From Piscinibacter sp. (GTDB lineage: Bacteria > Pseudomonadota > Gammaproteobacteria > Burkholderiales > Burkholderiaceae_C): DNA of 50,385 bases. How positions within the stretch are numbered: the first letter of the stretch is position 1; each line of letters starts with the position of its first letter. A model generated the notes under the pieces. The model was given only the letters and a program-made list of their open reading frames with translations. It did not search any database and was not told where the DNA came from. The position numbers and the translations under genes are program-made. Shown piece by piece: positions 1-8,143 of the stretch. The stretch lies in assembly GCA_036401155.1 (NCBI GenBank), contig DASWVR010000096.1, forward strand, positions 1-50,385, read 5' to 3'.

Positions 1-453
1 AGCCTGCCGGAGAACGAGCCCGGCAGTTCGATCATGCCGGGCAAGGTCAACCCCACGCAGTGCGAGGCGCTGACGATGGTGTGCTGCCAGGTGATGGGAA
101 ACGACGTGGCGCTCGCGATCGGCGCCGCCGGCGGCCATTTCGAGCTCAACACCTACAAGCCGCTGATTGCGCACAACCTGCTGCAAAGCATCCGCCTGCT
201 GGCCGATGCCTGCGAGAGCTTCAACGAACACTGCGTGCGCGGACTGGTGGCCAATACCGAGCGAATCGCCGAACTGGTCAACGGCTCGTTGATGCTGGTG
301 ACGGCGCTGGCGCCGCACATCGGATACGACCGCGCGGCCAAGATCGCGCTGAAGGCTCACCGCGAAAAGCTCTCGCTGCGCGAAGCCGCGGTCGCGCTGG
401 CCGTGCCGCCGGAGGACTTCGATCGCTGGGTGCGCCCCGAGACCATGGTCTGA
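1..453 (+). CDS. fumC: Class II fumarate hydratase, 3' part (5'-truncated by window)
   Basis: Frame 1 from base 1 reads [23 protein letters not shown] (fumarase/aspartase signature [10 protein letters not shown]), plus GHFELN and [14 protein letters not shown]. Confidence 0.95.
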   Translation, partial: SLPENEPGSSIMPGKVNPTQCEALTMVCCQVMGNDVALAIGAAGGHFELNTYKPLIAHNLLQSIRLLADACESFNEHCVRGLVANTERIAELVNGSLMLVTALAPHIGYDRAAKIALKAHREKLSLREAAVALAVPPEDFDRWVRPETMV

Positions 454-476
454 GGGCGCACCGAAGCCTCGGCGCC

Positions 477-737
477 TCAGGGTCCGAGGTCGCGGCGGCG
501 GCTACGCGAGTCTTCGTCCGAATCCGAGCGCGGCGATTCGATGCTGCCCGGGCTGCTCGATCGTCCGCTCTCGTCGGGGGCGGAATCGGCGCTGGGCTTG
601 CGCGTGGACGGCTCGCCCTCGGGGTGGTCCTTCGGACGGCGATCCTGGTGGTCGCCTTCGCGGGTGCGCGGTTCGCCGGTGCTGGCCATGCCCCCTTGCG
701 GCAGGCTCGATTCGGGCGGGGTCTTGGGCTGGGTCAT
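477..737 (-). CDS. Small hydrophilic hypothetical protein (86 aa, MTQPKTPPESSLPQGG...)
   Basis: GGAGG RBS before ATG at 737; sigma54 motif at 789-804; low-complexity charged composition. Confidence 0.6.
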   Translation of the reverse strand: MTQPKTPPESSLPQGGMASTGEPRTREGDHQDRRPKDHPEGEPSTRKPSADSAPDESGRSSSPGSIESPRSDSDEDSRSRRRDLGP

Positions 738-788
738 CGCAAGCCTCCTGTCGCGCGGCGCGAAAGTCGCCGCTCCTGCCCGCATATC

Positions 789-804
789 GGCAAGGGGCGT
801 GCCC
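789..804 (-). promoter_or_regulatory. sigma54 -24/-12 promoter
   Basis: gGGCACGCCCCTTGCc on minus strand (GG-N10-GC). Confidence 0.75.
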
Positions 805-812
805 TGCGGTCT

Positions 813-828
813 GGGCACGGTGGTTGCC
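813..828 (+). promoter_or_regulatory. sigma54 -24/-12 promoter
   Basis: gGGCACGGTGGTTGCc. Confidence 0.75.
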
Positions 829-876
829 GCTGGATTGGATTGGAGCGCCGCTCCGTTCACCAAAGGTGCCATCGCC

Positions 877-1122
877 ATGATCAGACAAGTCATCTCAGCC
901 GGGTTGTTCGCACTCACCGTGGGCACGCTGTGGTCCCTGAGCCGCCAGCTCAACCGCAAGCATTCGGAAGATGCCGCCAAGCGCCCGCATGCCCCGGTGC
1001 ATACCTGGGAAGGAGAGGGCGGAGCCCTGCCGGCCACTGGCCCGCAAATGGGTCCGGACCCGGTGGTGCCCGCTTCCACGGCGGCGGTCAAGCCGCAGAC
1101 GGTGCCGGGCAGCGTTCACTGA
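877..1122 (+). CDS. Small membrane-anchored hypothetical protein (81 aa, WEGEGG motif)
   Basis: AAAGG RBS, N-terminal hydrophobic stretch, upstream sigma54 motif. Confidence 0.65.
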   Translation: MIRQVISAGLFALTVGTLWSLSRQLNRKHSEDAAKRPHAPVHTWEGEGGALPATGPQMGPDPVVPASTAAVKPQTVPGSVH

Positions 1123-1171
1123 CGCGCGCGGGCTGGGATGCCATCGGCGACCGGTATCCCGGCGAGATGAT

Positions 1172-1242
1172 GTCATCCCGGCGAAAGCCGGGATCCATCG
1201 TCGCGCGAACGCGATCTGGATCCCGGCTTTCGCCGGGATGAC
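1172..1242. repeat. REP-like palindromic doublet (GTCATCCCGGCGAAAGCCGGGATCCA plus its reverse complement)
   Basis: 1172-1197 and 1217-1242 are exact reverse complements, each an internal hairpin; located between convergent genes; related copies at 49964-50040. Confidence 0.85.
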
Positions 1243-1352
1243 GTGCGCTGCGGGATGACGCGCGCTGCGGGATGACGCGCGCTACGGGATGACGCGCGCT
1301 GCGGGATGACGCGCGCTGCGGGATGACACGCGCCGCTGGATGACGCGCGCTG
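1234..1352 (+). repeat. Tandem repeat, 7 x 17 bp (CGGGATGACGCGCGCTG)
   Basis: Units start at 1234, 1251, 1268, 1285, 1302, 1319, 1336 with 0-2 substitutions each. Confidence 0.9.
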
Positions 1353-1372
1353 CGTCCGTAGACCCAGCCTCC

Positions 1373-1759
1373 TCACACCTTGCGCGTCGTGGTCGAGCTG
1401 TGCACGTGGGTGGTGTCGAAGGACTTGTTCCGGTTGGCCTCGGCGATGCGTTCTTCCTCGCTCTCCGCTGCCTCGTCCTTTTCGGCATCGGTATCGGCAG
1501 CCTGCGGAGCGCCCGGCGACACCGGCTGCTCGGCGAGGCGGTCGATGTTGCCGCCTCCGCTGTAGTAATCGCCCATCTTCGGCTCGTCGGCATCACGGTC
1601 GTCGTTGCGGCGCGGCTGCCCGCGGTCGGGCACGAAGTCGCCATAGGTTCCGCCGGAGGCGCTGCGGTGCCCGCCGCTCTCCGCGGCGCGCGGGTTCTTG
1701 CCTTCGGGGTCGGTGTCGGCCCCGGCTTCGGGGCGCTTGCGGTCGTGTTCGTTCGGCAT
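1373..1759 (-). CDS. Acidic hydrophilic hypothetical protein (128 aa)
   Basis: GAGGA RBS; hydrophilin-like composition; downstream of 25-aa peptide in same orientation. Confidence 0.7.
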   Translation of the reverse strand: MPNEHDRKRPEAGADTDPEGKNPRAAESGGHRSASGGTYGDFVPDRGQPRRNDDRDADEPKMGDYYSGGGNIDRLAEQPVSPGAPQAADTDAEKDEAAESEEERIAEANRNKSFDTTHVHSSTTTRKV

Positions 1760-1777
1760 GGTGATGTCCTCGTCAGG

Positions 1778-1855
1778 TCAGCGGAAGAAGACGTACAGCA
1801 ACACCAAGACGATTGCCGGCACGCCCAGGAGCCATGCGATGAAGTACTTGCCCAT
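1778..1855 (-). CDS. 25-aa single-pass membrane peptide MGKYFIAWLLGVPAIVLVLLYVFFR
   Basis: GGAG RBS, GC3-rich codons, sigma54 motif upstream; below ORF-track cutoff. Confidence 0.75.
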   Translation of the reverse strand: MGKYFIAWLLGVPAIVLVLLYVFFR

Positions 1856-1889
1856 TCGAATCTCCGGTCATGCTTCGGTCCACTCGTCC

Positions 1890-1905
1890 GGCAAGCCCCG
1901 TACCC
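1890..1905 (-). promoter_or_regulatory. sigma54 -24/-12 promoter
   Basis: gGGTACGGGGCTTGCc on minus strand. Confidence 0.7.
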
Positions 1906-1932
1906 GGGCGTGCACCGAGCACGGGGCGGGGA

Positions 1933-2151
1933 TCAGCCGTCGGAGAAGCGTTCGCGCACTGCGATGTCGTGCTGGCGCCTGCCTTCGTCGGTCAGGCGCA
2001 GCGTGTCGCCCTCGCGCTCCCACAGCCGCTGCGCGACGTAGCGATCCACCATGTCTTTCGGGATCAGCTGCAGGCGACCCTGCTCGAGGAAGTCGACCGC
2101 CTCGCTGTAGGCAATGCGATCGGCGGCGCTGCGGAACACCGTGTCGGGCAT
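1933..2151 (-). CDS. Hypothetical protein (72 aa)
   Basis: Starts 9 nt after kinase stop with GAG RBS; natural composition. Confidence 0.7.
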   Translation of the reverse strand: MPDTVFRSAADRIAYSEAVDFLEQGRLQLIPKDMVDRYVAQRLWEREGDTLRLTDEGRRQHDIAVRERFSDG

Positions 2152-2160
2152 GGGTTGCTC

Positions 2161-3327
2161 TCAAACCAGCGCGCGGTGCTCGGCGTCGTGGCGCTGGCTC
2201 TTGGGCTCGTCGCGCGCGAGCGGCAGCACGAGCACGAACTCGGCACCGAGCCCGGGCCCGTCGCTCGCCGCGCGGATGTCGCCGCCGTGCAGCTCGGCGA
2301 GCCGCTTGGCGATCGTCAGCCCCACGCCCAGCCCGTGGTTCGTGCGCGGCTTGCTGTGGGCCTCCTGCGCGAACGGCTCGAACACGCTGGGCAGGAAGTC
2401 GGGCGCAATGCCTTGGCCGTTGTCCTTGACGTGGATGTGCGCCGAGTCGCCGTCGGCATGCGCGCGAATCCGGATCTGGCCACCCGTGGGCGTGAACTTC
2501 GCCGCGTTGACCAGCAGGTGCGAGAGGGCCTGCGCGAGCCGCATCGGATCGCCGCAGACGGCCAGCGGCGCGTCGGGCAGCTCGACGTCCACCCGATGCT
2601 CGCGCGCGTCGATCTGCGGCTGCGCATTCTCGATCGCGTGGCGCACCAGGTCGCTCACCTCGACCCGTTCCTTCTGCAGTTCGAGCTTGGCCTGGGTGAT
2701 GCGCGTCACGTCGCGCATGTCGGCGATCACGCGGCGCAGCTGTTCCAGCTGGCGCTCGACGATCTGGCGCACCGGCGTGATGGCCGGCATCTGCTTCTCC
2801 ATCATCTTCAGGATGGCCGTCGCGTTGGCGATCGGCCCGAGCGGATTGCGCAGGTCGTGCGCCAGCATCGCGAGGAATTCGTCCTTGCGACGGTCGGCCA
2901 CGCGCAGGGCGCGCGTGCGCTCGGCCAGGCGCTCCTCCAGCTCCTTGCGCTCGTGGATGTCGATGCAGCTGCCGGTGTAGCCGTGGAAGCTGCCGTCCGA
3001 GGCGGTGCGCGGAACGCCGTTGGCGAGCACCCAGCGGTGGCTGCCGTCGTGCCGGCGCAGCCGGAAGTCCATCGTGAACGGCTGGCGTGCATCGAAGCTC
3101 GCGTTGAAGATGCCGCTGCAACGCTCAAGGTCTTCGGGGTGCACCCCGCTCAGCCAACCGCTGCCGAGTTCGTCGTCCATGGCGCGGCCGGTGAACTCCA
3201 GCCAGGGCCGGTTGACCCATTCGAACTGCTTGTCCACGCCGGCGACCCAGATCATCACCGGCGCTGAATCGGCCATCAGCCGGAAGCGGTCTTCGCTTTC
3301 GCGCTGCCGCGCATCGTTGCCTTGCAT
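2161..3327 (-). CDS. PAS/PAC sensor histidine kinase (no receiver)
   Basis: RFRLMADSAPVMIW PAS; H-box FLAMLAHDLRNPL; NAAKFT; DNGQGI; GLGVGL. Confidence 0.9.
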   Translation of the reverse strand: MQGNDARQRESEDRFRLMADSAPVMIWVAGVDKQFEWVNRPWLEFTGRAMDDELGSGWLSGVHPEDLERCSGIFNASFDARQPFTMDFRLRRHDGSHRWVLANGVPRTASDGSFHGYTGSCIDIHERKELEERLAERTRALRVADRRKDEFLAMLAHDLRNPLGPIANATAILKMMEKQMPAITPVRQIVERQLEQLRRVIADMRDVTRITQAKLELQKERVEVSDLVRHAIENAQPQIDAREHRVDVELPDAPLAVCGDPMRLAQALSHLLVNAAKFTPTGGQIRIRAHADGDSAHIHVKDNGQGIAPDFLPSVFEPFAQEAHSKPRTNHGLGVGLTIAKRLAELHGGDIRAASDGPGLGAEFVLVLPLARDEPKSQRHDAEHRALV

Positions 3328-3419
3328 CGAGGATGCCTCTCGTCTCGGATCTCGTCGCCCGGATGAGATCCGGGTCCCCTGTCGCATGGATCCCGGATTC
3401 GCCCGGGGCACCCGGGGAT

Positions 3420-3435
3420 GGCAATCCGCATGCCC
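3420..3435 (-). promoter_or_regulatory. sigma54 -24/-12 promoter
   Basis: gGGCATGCGGATTGCc on minus strand. Confidence 0.75.
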
Positions 3436-3448
3436 GAAGTCGGACCGG

Positions 3449-5341
3449 TCACGTCATCGCGGGCTGGCGCTGGCGCAGCAGCTGGACCAGGCTGTCGACG
3501 TCCACGGGCTTGACGAGATGCTGGTCGAAGCCCGCGTCGCGGGCGCGCTCGCGGTCCTTCTGCTGCCCCCAGCCGGTGATCGCGACAATCACCGCGTCGC
3601 AGGTGCTGCTCTGCCGGCGCAGGCGCTGCGCCACCTCGTAGCCGTTCATGCCCGGCATGCCGATGTCCAGAAAAATGTACTCCGGCCTCAGCCGGCCCGC
3701 CGCTTCGAGCGCGGCGAAGCCGTCGTGCACGACGGTCACCTCCTGTCCCAGCGATTCGAGGATGGCGAGCAGGCTGTTGGCGAAGTCGACGTTGTCGTCG
3801 GCGACCAGCACGCGGTGGCGCGGCACCGGCGACGCGAGCGGCGCGGGCGGCTCGGGGCGCACGGGCGGGAGTTCGCGCCGCGGCAGTCGCACGACGAACT
3901 CCGAGCCCTCGCCCAGGCCTTCGCTGTGCACGCTGATGTGTCCGCCGTGCAGCTCCACCAGCTGCTTGGCGAGTGTCAGACCCACGCCCAGCCCCTTGTT
4001 GACGCGCTCGAGCGACTGGTCGACCTGCACGAACATGTCGAAGATGCTGTCCTGCTTGTCCGGCGCGATGCCGACGCCGCTGTCGCTCACGTGCACCGCG
4101 ATCTCGTCGGCGGCTTCGGTCAGTCGCACCGCGATCCGGCCGCCCGCGTCGGTGTACTTCGAGGCGTTGTTGAGCAGGTTGGCGAACACCTGCGCCAGGC
4201 GCGTCGAGTCGCCGTGCACGAACAGCGGGCCGGGCGGCAGGTCGAGCGAGAGGAGATGGCCGTGCGCCTCGATGCCGGGCAGCGCGATCTCCACCGCGCT
4301 GTTGAGCACCGCGATCAGGTCGACGCGGCCGAGGTCGAGCAGCACCTTGCCGGTGGTGATGCGCGAGACGTCGAGCAGGTCGTCGATCAGCCGAACCATC
4401 TGCTGCACCTGGCGCGACATGATGTCGATGGCGCGCTGCTGGATCGCCGGCGGCGCCGATTGGCCGGCGCGGCGCAGGATCTCCAGCGCATTGGTGATGG
4501 GCGCGAGCGGGTTGCGCAGTTCGTGCGCCAGCGTGGCGAGGAACTGGTCCTTGGTGCGCGCCGCGGCGCGCAGGGCCTCTTCGGCGCGGCGGCGTTCGGC
4601 CATCTCGGCAGACAGGTGGTTGTTCGACTGCTCCAGCGCCTCCGTGCGCTTGGCCACTTCGTCGAGCATGTTGTTGAAGGCGTCGACCAGCACGCCGGCT
4701 TCGTCGGCGGTGGTCTTGGTGGCGCGCAGCGAGTAGTCGCGCCGCGACAGCACGTTGCGCGCGACCTGCGCGACTTGAAGAATCGGCTCGGTGACGCTGT
4801 CCTGCAGCCGGCGGCTGACGAGGGTGGCCACCAGCAGGCTCGGCAGCATCACGGCGGCCAGGATCAGCAGGTAGTCGATCAGGCGGCCGACGATGTCGTA
4901 GCGCGAGCGCAGGTAGACGCTGCCGATCACGGCCTCGCCATCGCGAATCGGCTGGAACACCTCGATCAGGTCTTGTTCGATCACCACCGACTGGTCGCGG
5001 CCCTGAGGCGGCAGCCCGCGCTCGCTGCCCGACGGGTGGAGATAGCTCGCGAACAGGCGTCCGTCGGCGCCGTAGACCGCCGCAGCCATGACCCGCGGGC
5101 GCAGCTCGAGCAGGGCGAGGTTCTCCGCCACCGGCTTCGGATCGTCGAAGGTCAGCGCCGGCACGCTCGTCTGCGCAATGATGCGGGCCTGGGTGTTGAG
5201 ATCGTCGAGCCACGACTTCTGGTAGCTGCGCAGCTCGTAGATCAGCAGTGCGGTGGCGCTGAGCAGCAGCGCCATGCAGGTGGTCGCCAGCACGACGACC
5301 GTCACCTTGCGGCGCAGGGAGTGGCTGCCCGCCTGGTTCAT
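3449..5341 (-). CDS. Membrane hybrid histidine kinase (periplasmic CHASE-like sensor, HAMP, HisKA, HATPase, receiver)
   Basis: Two TM segments, HAMP, FLATLAHELRNPL, NNASKYT, receiver VLVADDN...FLDIGMPG...HLVKPVD. Confidence 0.92.
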   Translation of the reverse strand: MNQAGSHSLRRKVTVVVLATTCMALLLSATALLIYELRSYQKSWLDDLNTQARIIAQTSVPALTFDDPKPVAENLALLELRPRVMAAAVYGADGRLFASYLHPSGSERGLPPQGRDQSVVIEQDLIEVFQPIRDGEAVIGSVYLRSRYDIVGRLIDYLLILAAVMLPSLLVATLVSRRLQDSVTEPILQVAQVARNVLSRRDYSLRATKTTADEAGVLVDAFNNMLDEVAKRTEALEQSNNHLSAEMAERRRAEEALRAAARTKDQFLATLAHELRNPLAPITNALEILRRAGQSAPPAIQQRAIDIMSRQVQQMVRLIDDLLDVSRITTGKVLLDLGRVDLIAVLNSAVEIALPGIEAHGHLLSLDLPPGPLFVHGDSTRLAQVFANLLNNASKYTDAGGRIAVRLTEAADEIAVHVSDSGVGIAPDKQDSIFDMFVQVDQSLERVNKGLGVGLTLAKQLVELHGGHISVHSEGLGEGSEFVVRLPRRELPPVRPEPPAPLASPVPRHRVLVADDNVDFANSLLAILESLGQEVTVVHDGFAALEAAGRLRPEYIFLDIGMPGMNGYEVAQRLRRQSSTCDAVIVAITGWGQQKDRERARDAGFDQHLVKPVDVDSLVQLLRQRQPAMT

Positions 5342-5620
5342 CGCGGGGACACCGGCGATCGGCCGGGTTGACTCGTACCGGCCGACGGCCGGCTCAACCC
5401 CGGCGACATGACACTGGCTGGCATTCCGACTCCGTGTGCTCGATCCGTTCTGAGGATGTCGAACGTGTGGTGCTGTGCCGCACCCATCGAGCGAAGTCTA
5501 GCTTCGGAAAGCCGCCCCGGGCTGCCGATCGATGCAGGGTTTACACACTGGTTGTCCATCACGGAGGATCGGGCGTCGGAGGCAGTTCGCCAGGGCGTGG
5601 CATCCACGGTGCGACGACTA

Positions 5621-5636
5621 TGCAAGGCGCGTGCCG
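5621..5636 (-). promoter_or_regulatory. sigma54 -24/-12 promoter
   Basis: cGGCACGCGCCTTGCa on minus strand. Confidence 0.7.
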
Positions 5637-5649
5637 CGCCCGCCCGGCG

Positions 5650-5665
5650 AGGCACGGCGCTTGCC
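5650..5665 (+). promoter_or_regulatory. sigma54 -24/-12 promoter
   Basis: aGGCACGGCGCTTGCc. Confidence 0.75.
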
Positions 5666-5679
5666 GCATCGAGACATCC

Positions 5680-7827
5680 ATGCACCTGCGCGCCATGTCC
5701 GAAGCTTCCCGCAACCGCTGGCGAAAGGCCTGGCCGCTCGCGGTCCTCGCCGGCGTCGTCCTTGCCGTGGGCGTGTGCGAGTGGCAGGGGTGGCCCTTTC
5801 TCAAGGGGCCGGTACAGAGCCGGCTGACGCAGCAGCTGCACCGGCAGGTGGAGTTCGGCGACAGCTTCCGGCTCAAGCTGTTCGGGTCGATCCGCCTCGA
5901 CACCGACGCGCTGCGCGTGGGAGCGCCCGGCGATCTGCCGGACGGCTCGCCGCTCGCCGGCGACCTTGTCAACGCCCGCGACGCCCACCTGGAGCTGCCC
6001 TACGGCACGCTGATGGGCCTGTGGCGGGGCCGCGACGAGGAGACGCCGCGCATCACTTCGCTGCGCTTCGGCGCGGTCGATGCGGCGCTCAAGCGACAGG
6101 CCGACGGCCGCGCCAACTGGACGCTCGTCGCGCCGCACCCCGACACGCCGAAGAAGGCGTTCGAATTGCCGCTGGTGGACGAACTGGTGGTCGAACGCGG
6201 GCGGCTGGTCTACGACGACGCGCTGACCAAGACCGCGCTCGAAGCGCAGGTCAGTACCAGCGAAGGCGAGGCGGTGGAGCAGGGCCAGCGGCGCGGCCTG
6301 CGGGTCGAAGGCCGCGGGCGTCGCGAAGGCCAGCCCTTCGAGTTTCGCGTCGCCTCGTCGGGCGTGCTGCCGCTGGTAGCGCGCGACGCGGTGGTGGCCG
6401 TGCCGCTCACCATCCGCGCGAATTCCGGCGACTCCCGCTTCAGCTTCGATGGCCAGGGCACCGACGTGCTGAGCTTTCACGCGCTTGACGGCGACGCGGC
6501 GCTCTCGGGCCCGTCGCTGGCGAAAGTCGGCGACGCGCTGGGCCTCACCCTGCCCACCACCGAGCCGTTCAAACTCAAGGGACGCCTGAGCAAGTCCGGG
6601 CAGCGTTGGGCGCTGAAGCAGGCCGCCCTGGACGTCGGCGACAGCCAGCTGGGCGGCGAGTTCAGCTACGACCGCGCGCCGAAGGTGCCGATGCTGAGCG
6701 GCCAGCTGGTCGGCTCGCGGCTGGTGCTTGCCGACCTGCTGCCGGCCTTCGGCGCGGCGCGCCCCGGCAGCGGCAACCCGAAGCCGCCGGCGGGCCATGT
6801 GGTGCCGCAGCGCGAGTTCGACATCCCCTCCCTGCACCGCATGAACGCCGACGTCAAGGTGCGGCTGCAGCGTGCGGAACTCGGCACGCTGTTCCGCCGG
6901 CCGCTCGCCCCGCTGCAGGGCGATCTGCGCCTCGACGGCGGCGTGCTCAAGCTCAGCAACCTCGTGGCGCGGACTTCGGGCGGCGAGATCAAGGGCGCGC
7001 TGGGCCTGGACGCGACCAACGCCCGGCAGCCGCTGTGGACGGCCGACGTGCGCTGGGCCGGCATCGAGCTCGACGAGTGGCTGCGCCCGCGCAACCCGAG
7101 CTCGCAGTCCGGCAAGCCTCGGGGGGAACAGCCGGGCTACGTGACCGGCAAGCTGGGCGGCCACGCCAAGCTGCAGGCGCACGGCCGTTCGACGGCGAAG
7201 ATGATCGGCAGCACCGACGGCACCGTGCAGGCGTGGGTACGCGATGGCACGATCTCGCACCTGGTGGTCGAAGCCGCCGGTCTCGACCTCGCTCAGGGCC
7301 TGGGCCTGATGATCGTCGGCGACGACCCGCTGCCGATGTACTGCGCGGCAGTCAAGGCGAACGCACGCAACGGCGTGCTCACCCCCGAGGTGGCGATCGT
7401 CGACACCCGCGACTCGACGCTGTTCGCGAGCGGCACCGTGTCGCTCGGCGACGAACGCATGGACCTCAAACTGACCTCCAGACCGAAGGACATGAGCCCG
7501 GCGACCCTGCGCTCGCCGGTGCATGTGTCGGGCACCTTCAGCCAGCCGCAGTTCAAGCTCGAGAAGCAGCCGATGGCAGCGCGGTTGCTGGGCGCGGCGG
7601 TGCTGGCGGCGGTGCATCCGCTGGCGGCGCTGATCCCGCTGTTCGACCCCGGCGACAAGGAGTCGGCCGGAGGCTGCCAGCGTGCGCTGCAGCGGCTGCG
7701 CGATGCCGACGGCCCGGCCGGCGCACGCGACGCGCGGGCACCGCGCTCGACCGACAAGAACCTGCCGCCGGAGCGCGAACCGCGCCGCCAGGCGGAAGCG
7801 CCCGAGCCGGCGCCGGTGCGCAAGTGA
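5680..7827 (+). CDS. AsmA-family protein (YhjG-like)
   Basis: N-terminal TM anchor, DGRANW motif, beta-rich repeats, C-terminal LRSPVHVSGTFSQP...LAALIPL; start 5680 or 5695. Confidence 0.85.
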   Translation: MHLRAMSEASRNRWRKAWPLAVLAGVVLAVGVCEWQGWPFLKGPVQSRLTQQLHRQVEFGDSFRLKLFGSIRLDTDALRVGAPGDLPDGSPLAGDLVNARDAHLELPYGTLMGLWRGRDEETPRITSLRFGAVDAALKRQADGRANWTLVAPHPDTPKKAFELPLVDELVVERGRLVYDDALTKTALEAQVSTSEGEAVEQGQRRGLRVEGRGRREGQPFEFRVASSGVLPLVARDAVVAVPLTIRANSGDSRFSFDGQGTDVLSFHALDGDAALSGPSLAKVGDALGLTLPTTEPFKLKGRLSKSGQRWALKQAALDVGDSQLGGEFSYDRAPKVPMLSGQLVGSRLVLADLLPAFGAARPGSGNPKPPAGHVVPQREFDIPSLHRMNADVKVRLQRAELGTLFRRPLAPLQGDLRLDGGVLKLSNLVARTSGGEIKGALGLDATNARQPLWTADVRWAGIELDEWLRPRNPSSQSGKPRGEQPGYVTGKLGGHAKLQAHGRSTAKMIGSTDGTVQAWVRDGTISHLVVEAAGLDLAQGLGLMIVGDDPLPMYCAAVKANARNGVLTPEVAIVDTRDSTLFASGTVSLGDERMDLKLTSRPKDMSPATLRSPVHVSGTFSQPQFKLEKQPMAARLLGAAVLAAVHPLAALIPLFDPGDKESAGGCQRALQRLRDADGPAGARDARAPRSTDKNLPPEREPRRQAEAPEPAPVRK

Positions 7828-8126
7828 CGCTGAATCCGGATCTGGTCGGCTGGGCGAGCGCCGCCTTGCTGCTCGCGACCATCGTCAAGCAGGTCGTCAC
7901 GCAATGGAAGACCGGCAGCACCGCCGGCGTCTCGAAGTGGCTGTTCGCCGGCCAGACGCTCGCCTCGCTGGGCTTTGCGGTCTACAGCGCCATGACGGGC
8001 AACATGGTGTTCCTGACCGTCAACCTGGCGCTGCTGGTGAGCGCCATCGCCGGCCAGCTGATCTATTGGCGCAACAAGCGGCGCGAGGCGGCGGCGCCGC
8101 CGGCGCGCTGCGAGCCCGCGCGCTGA
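7824..8126 (+). CDS. PQ-loop/SemiSWEET-like small membrane protein
   Basis: GTGA overlap with asmA stop; three hydrophobic helices; TAGVSKWLF. Confidence 0.75.
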   Translation: MTLNPDLVGWASAALLLATIVKQVVTQWKTGSTAGVSKWLFAGQTLASLGFAVYSAMTGNMVFLTVNLALLVSAIAGQLIYWRNKRREAAAPPARCEPAR

Positions 8127-8143
8127 AGCGCGCGCCAAAACCC

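Noticed and set aside
1234-1352. CRISPR-like array
   Set aside because: Units are directly tandem with no unique spacers and there are no cas genes
5338-5560. Possible leader ORF overlapping the kinase start (ATGA)
   Set aside because: No RBS or recognisable features; cannot be supported
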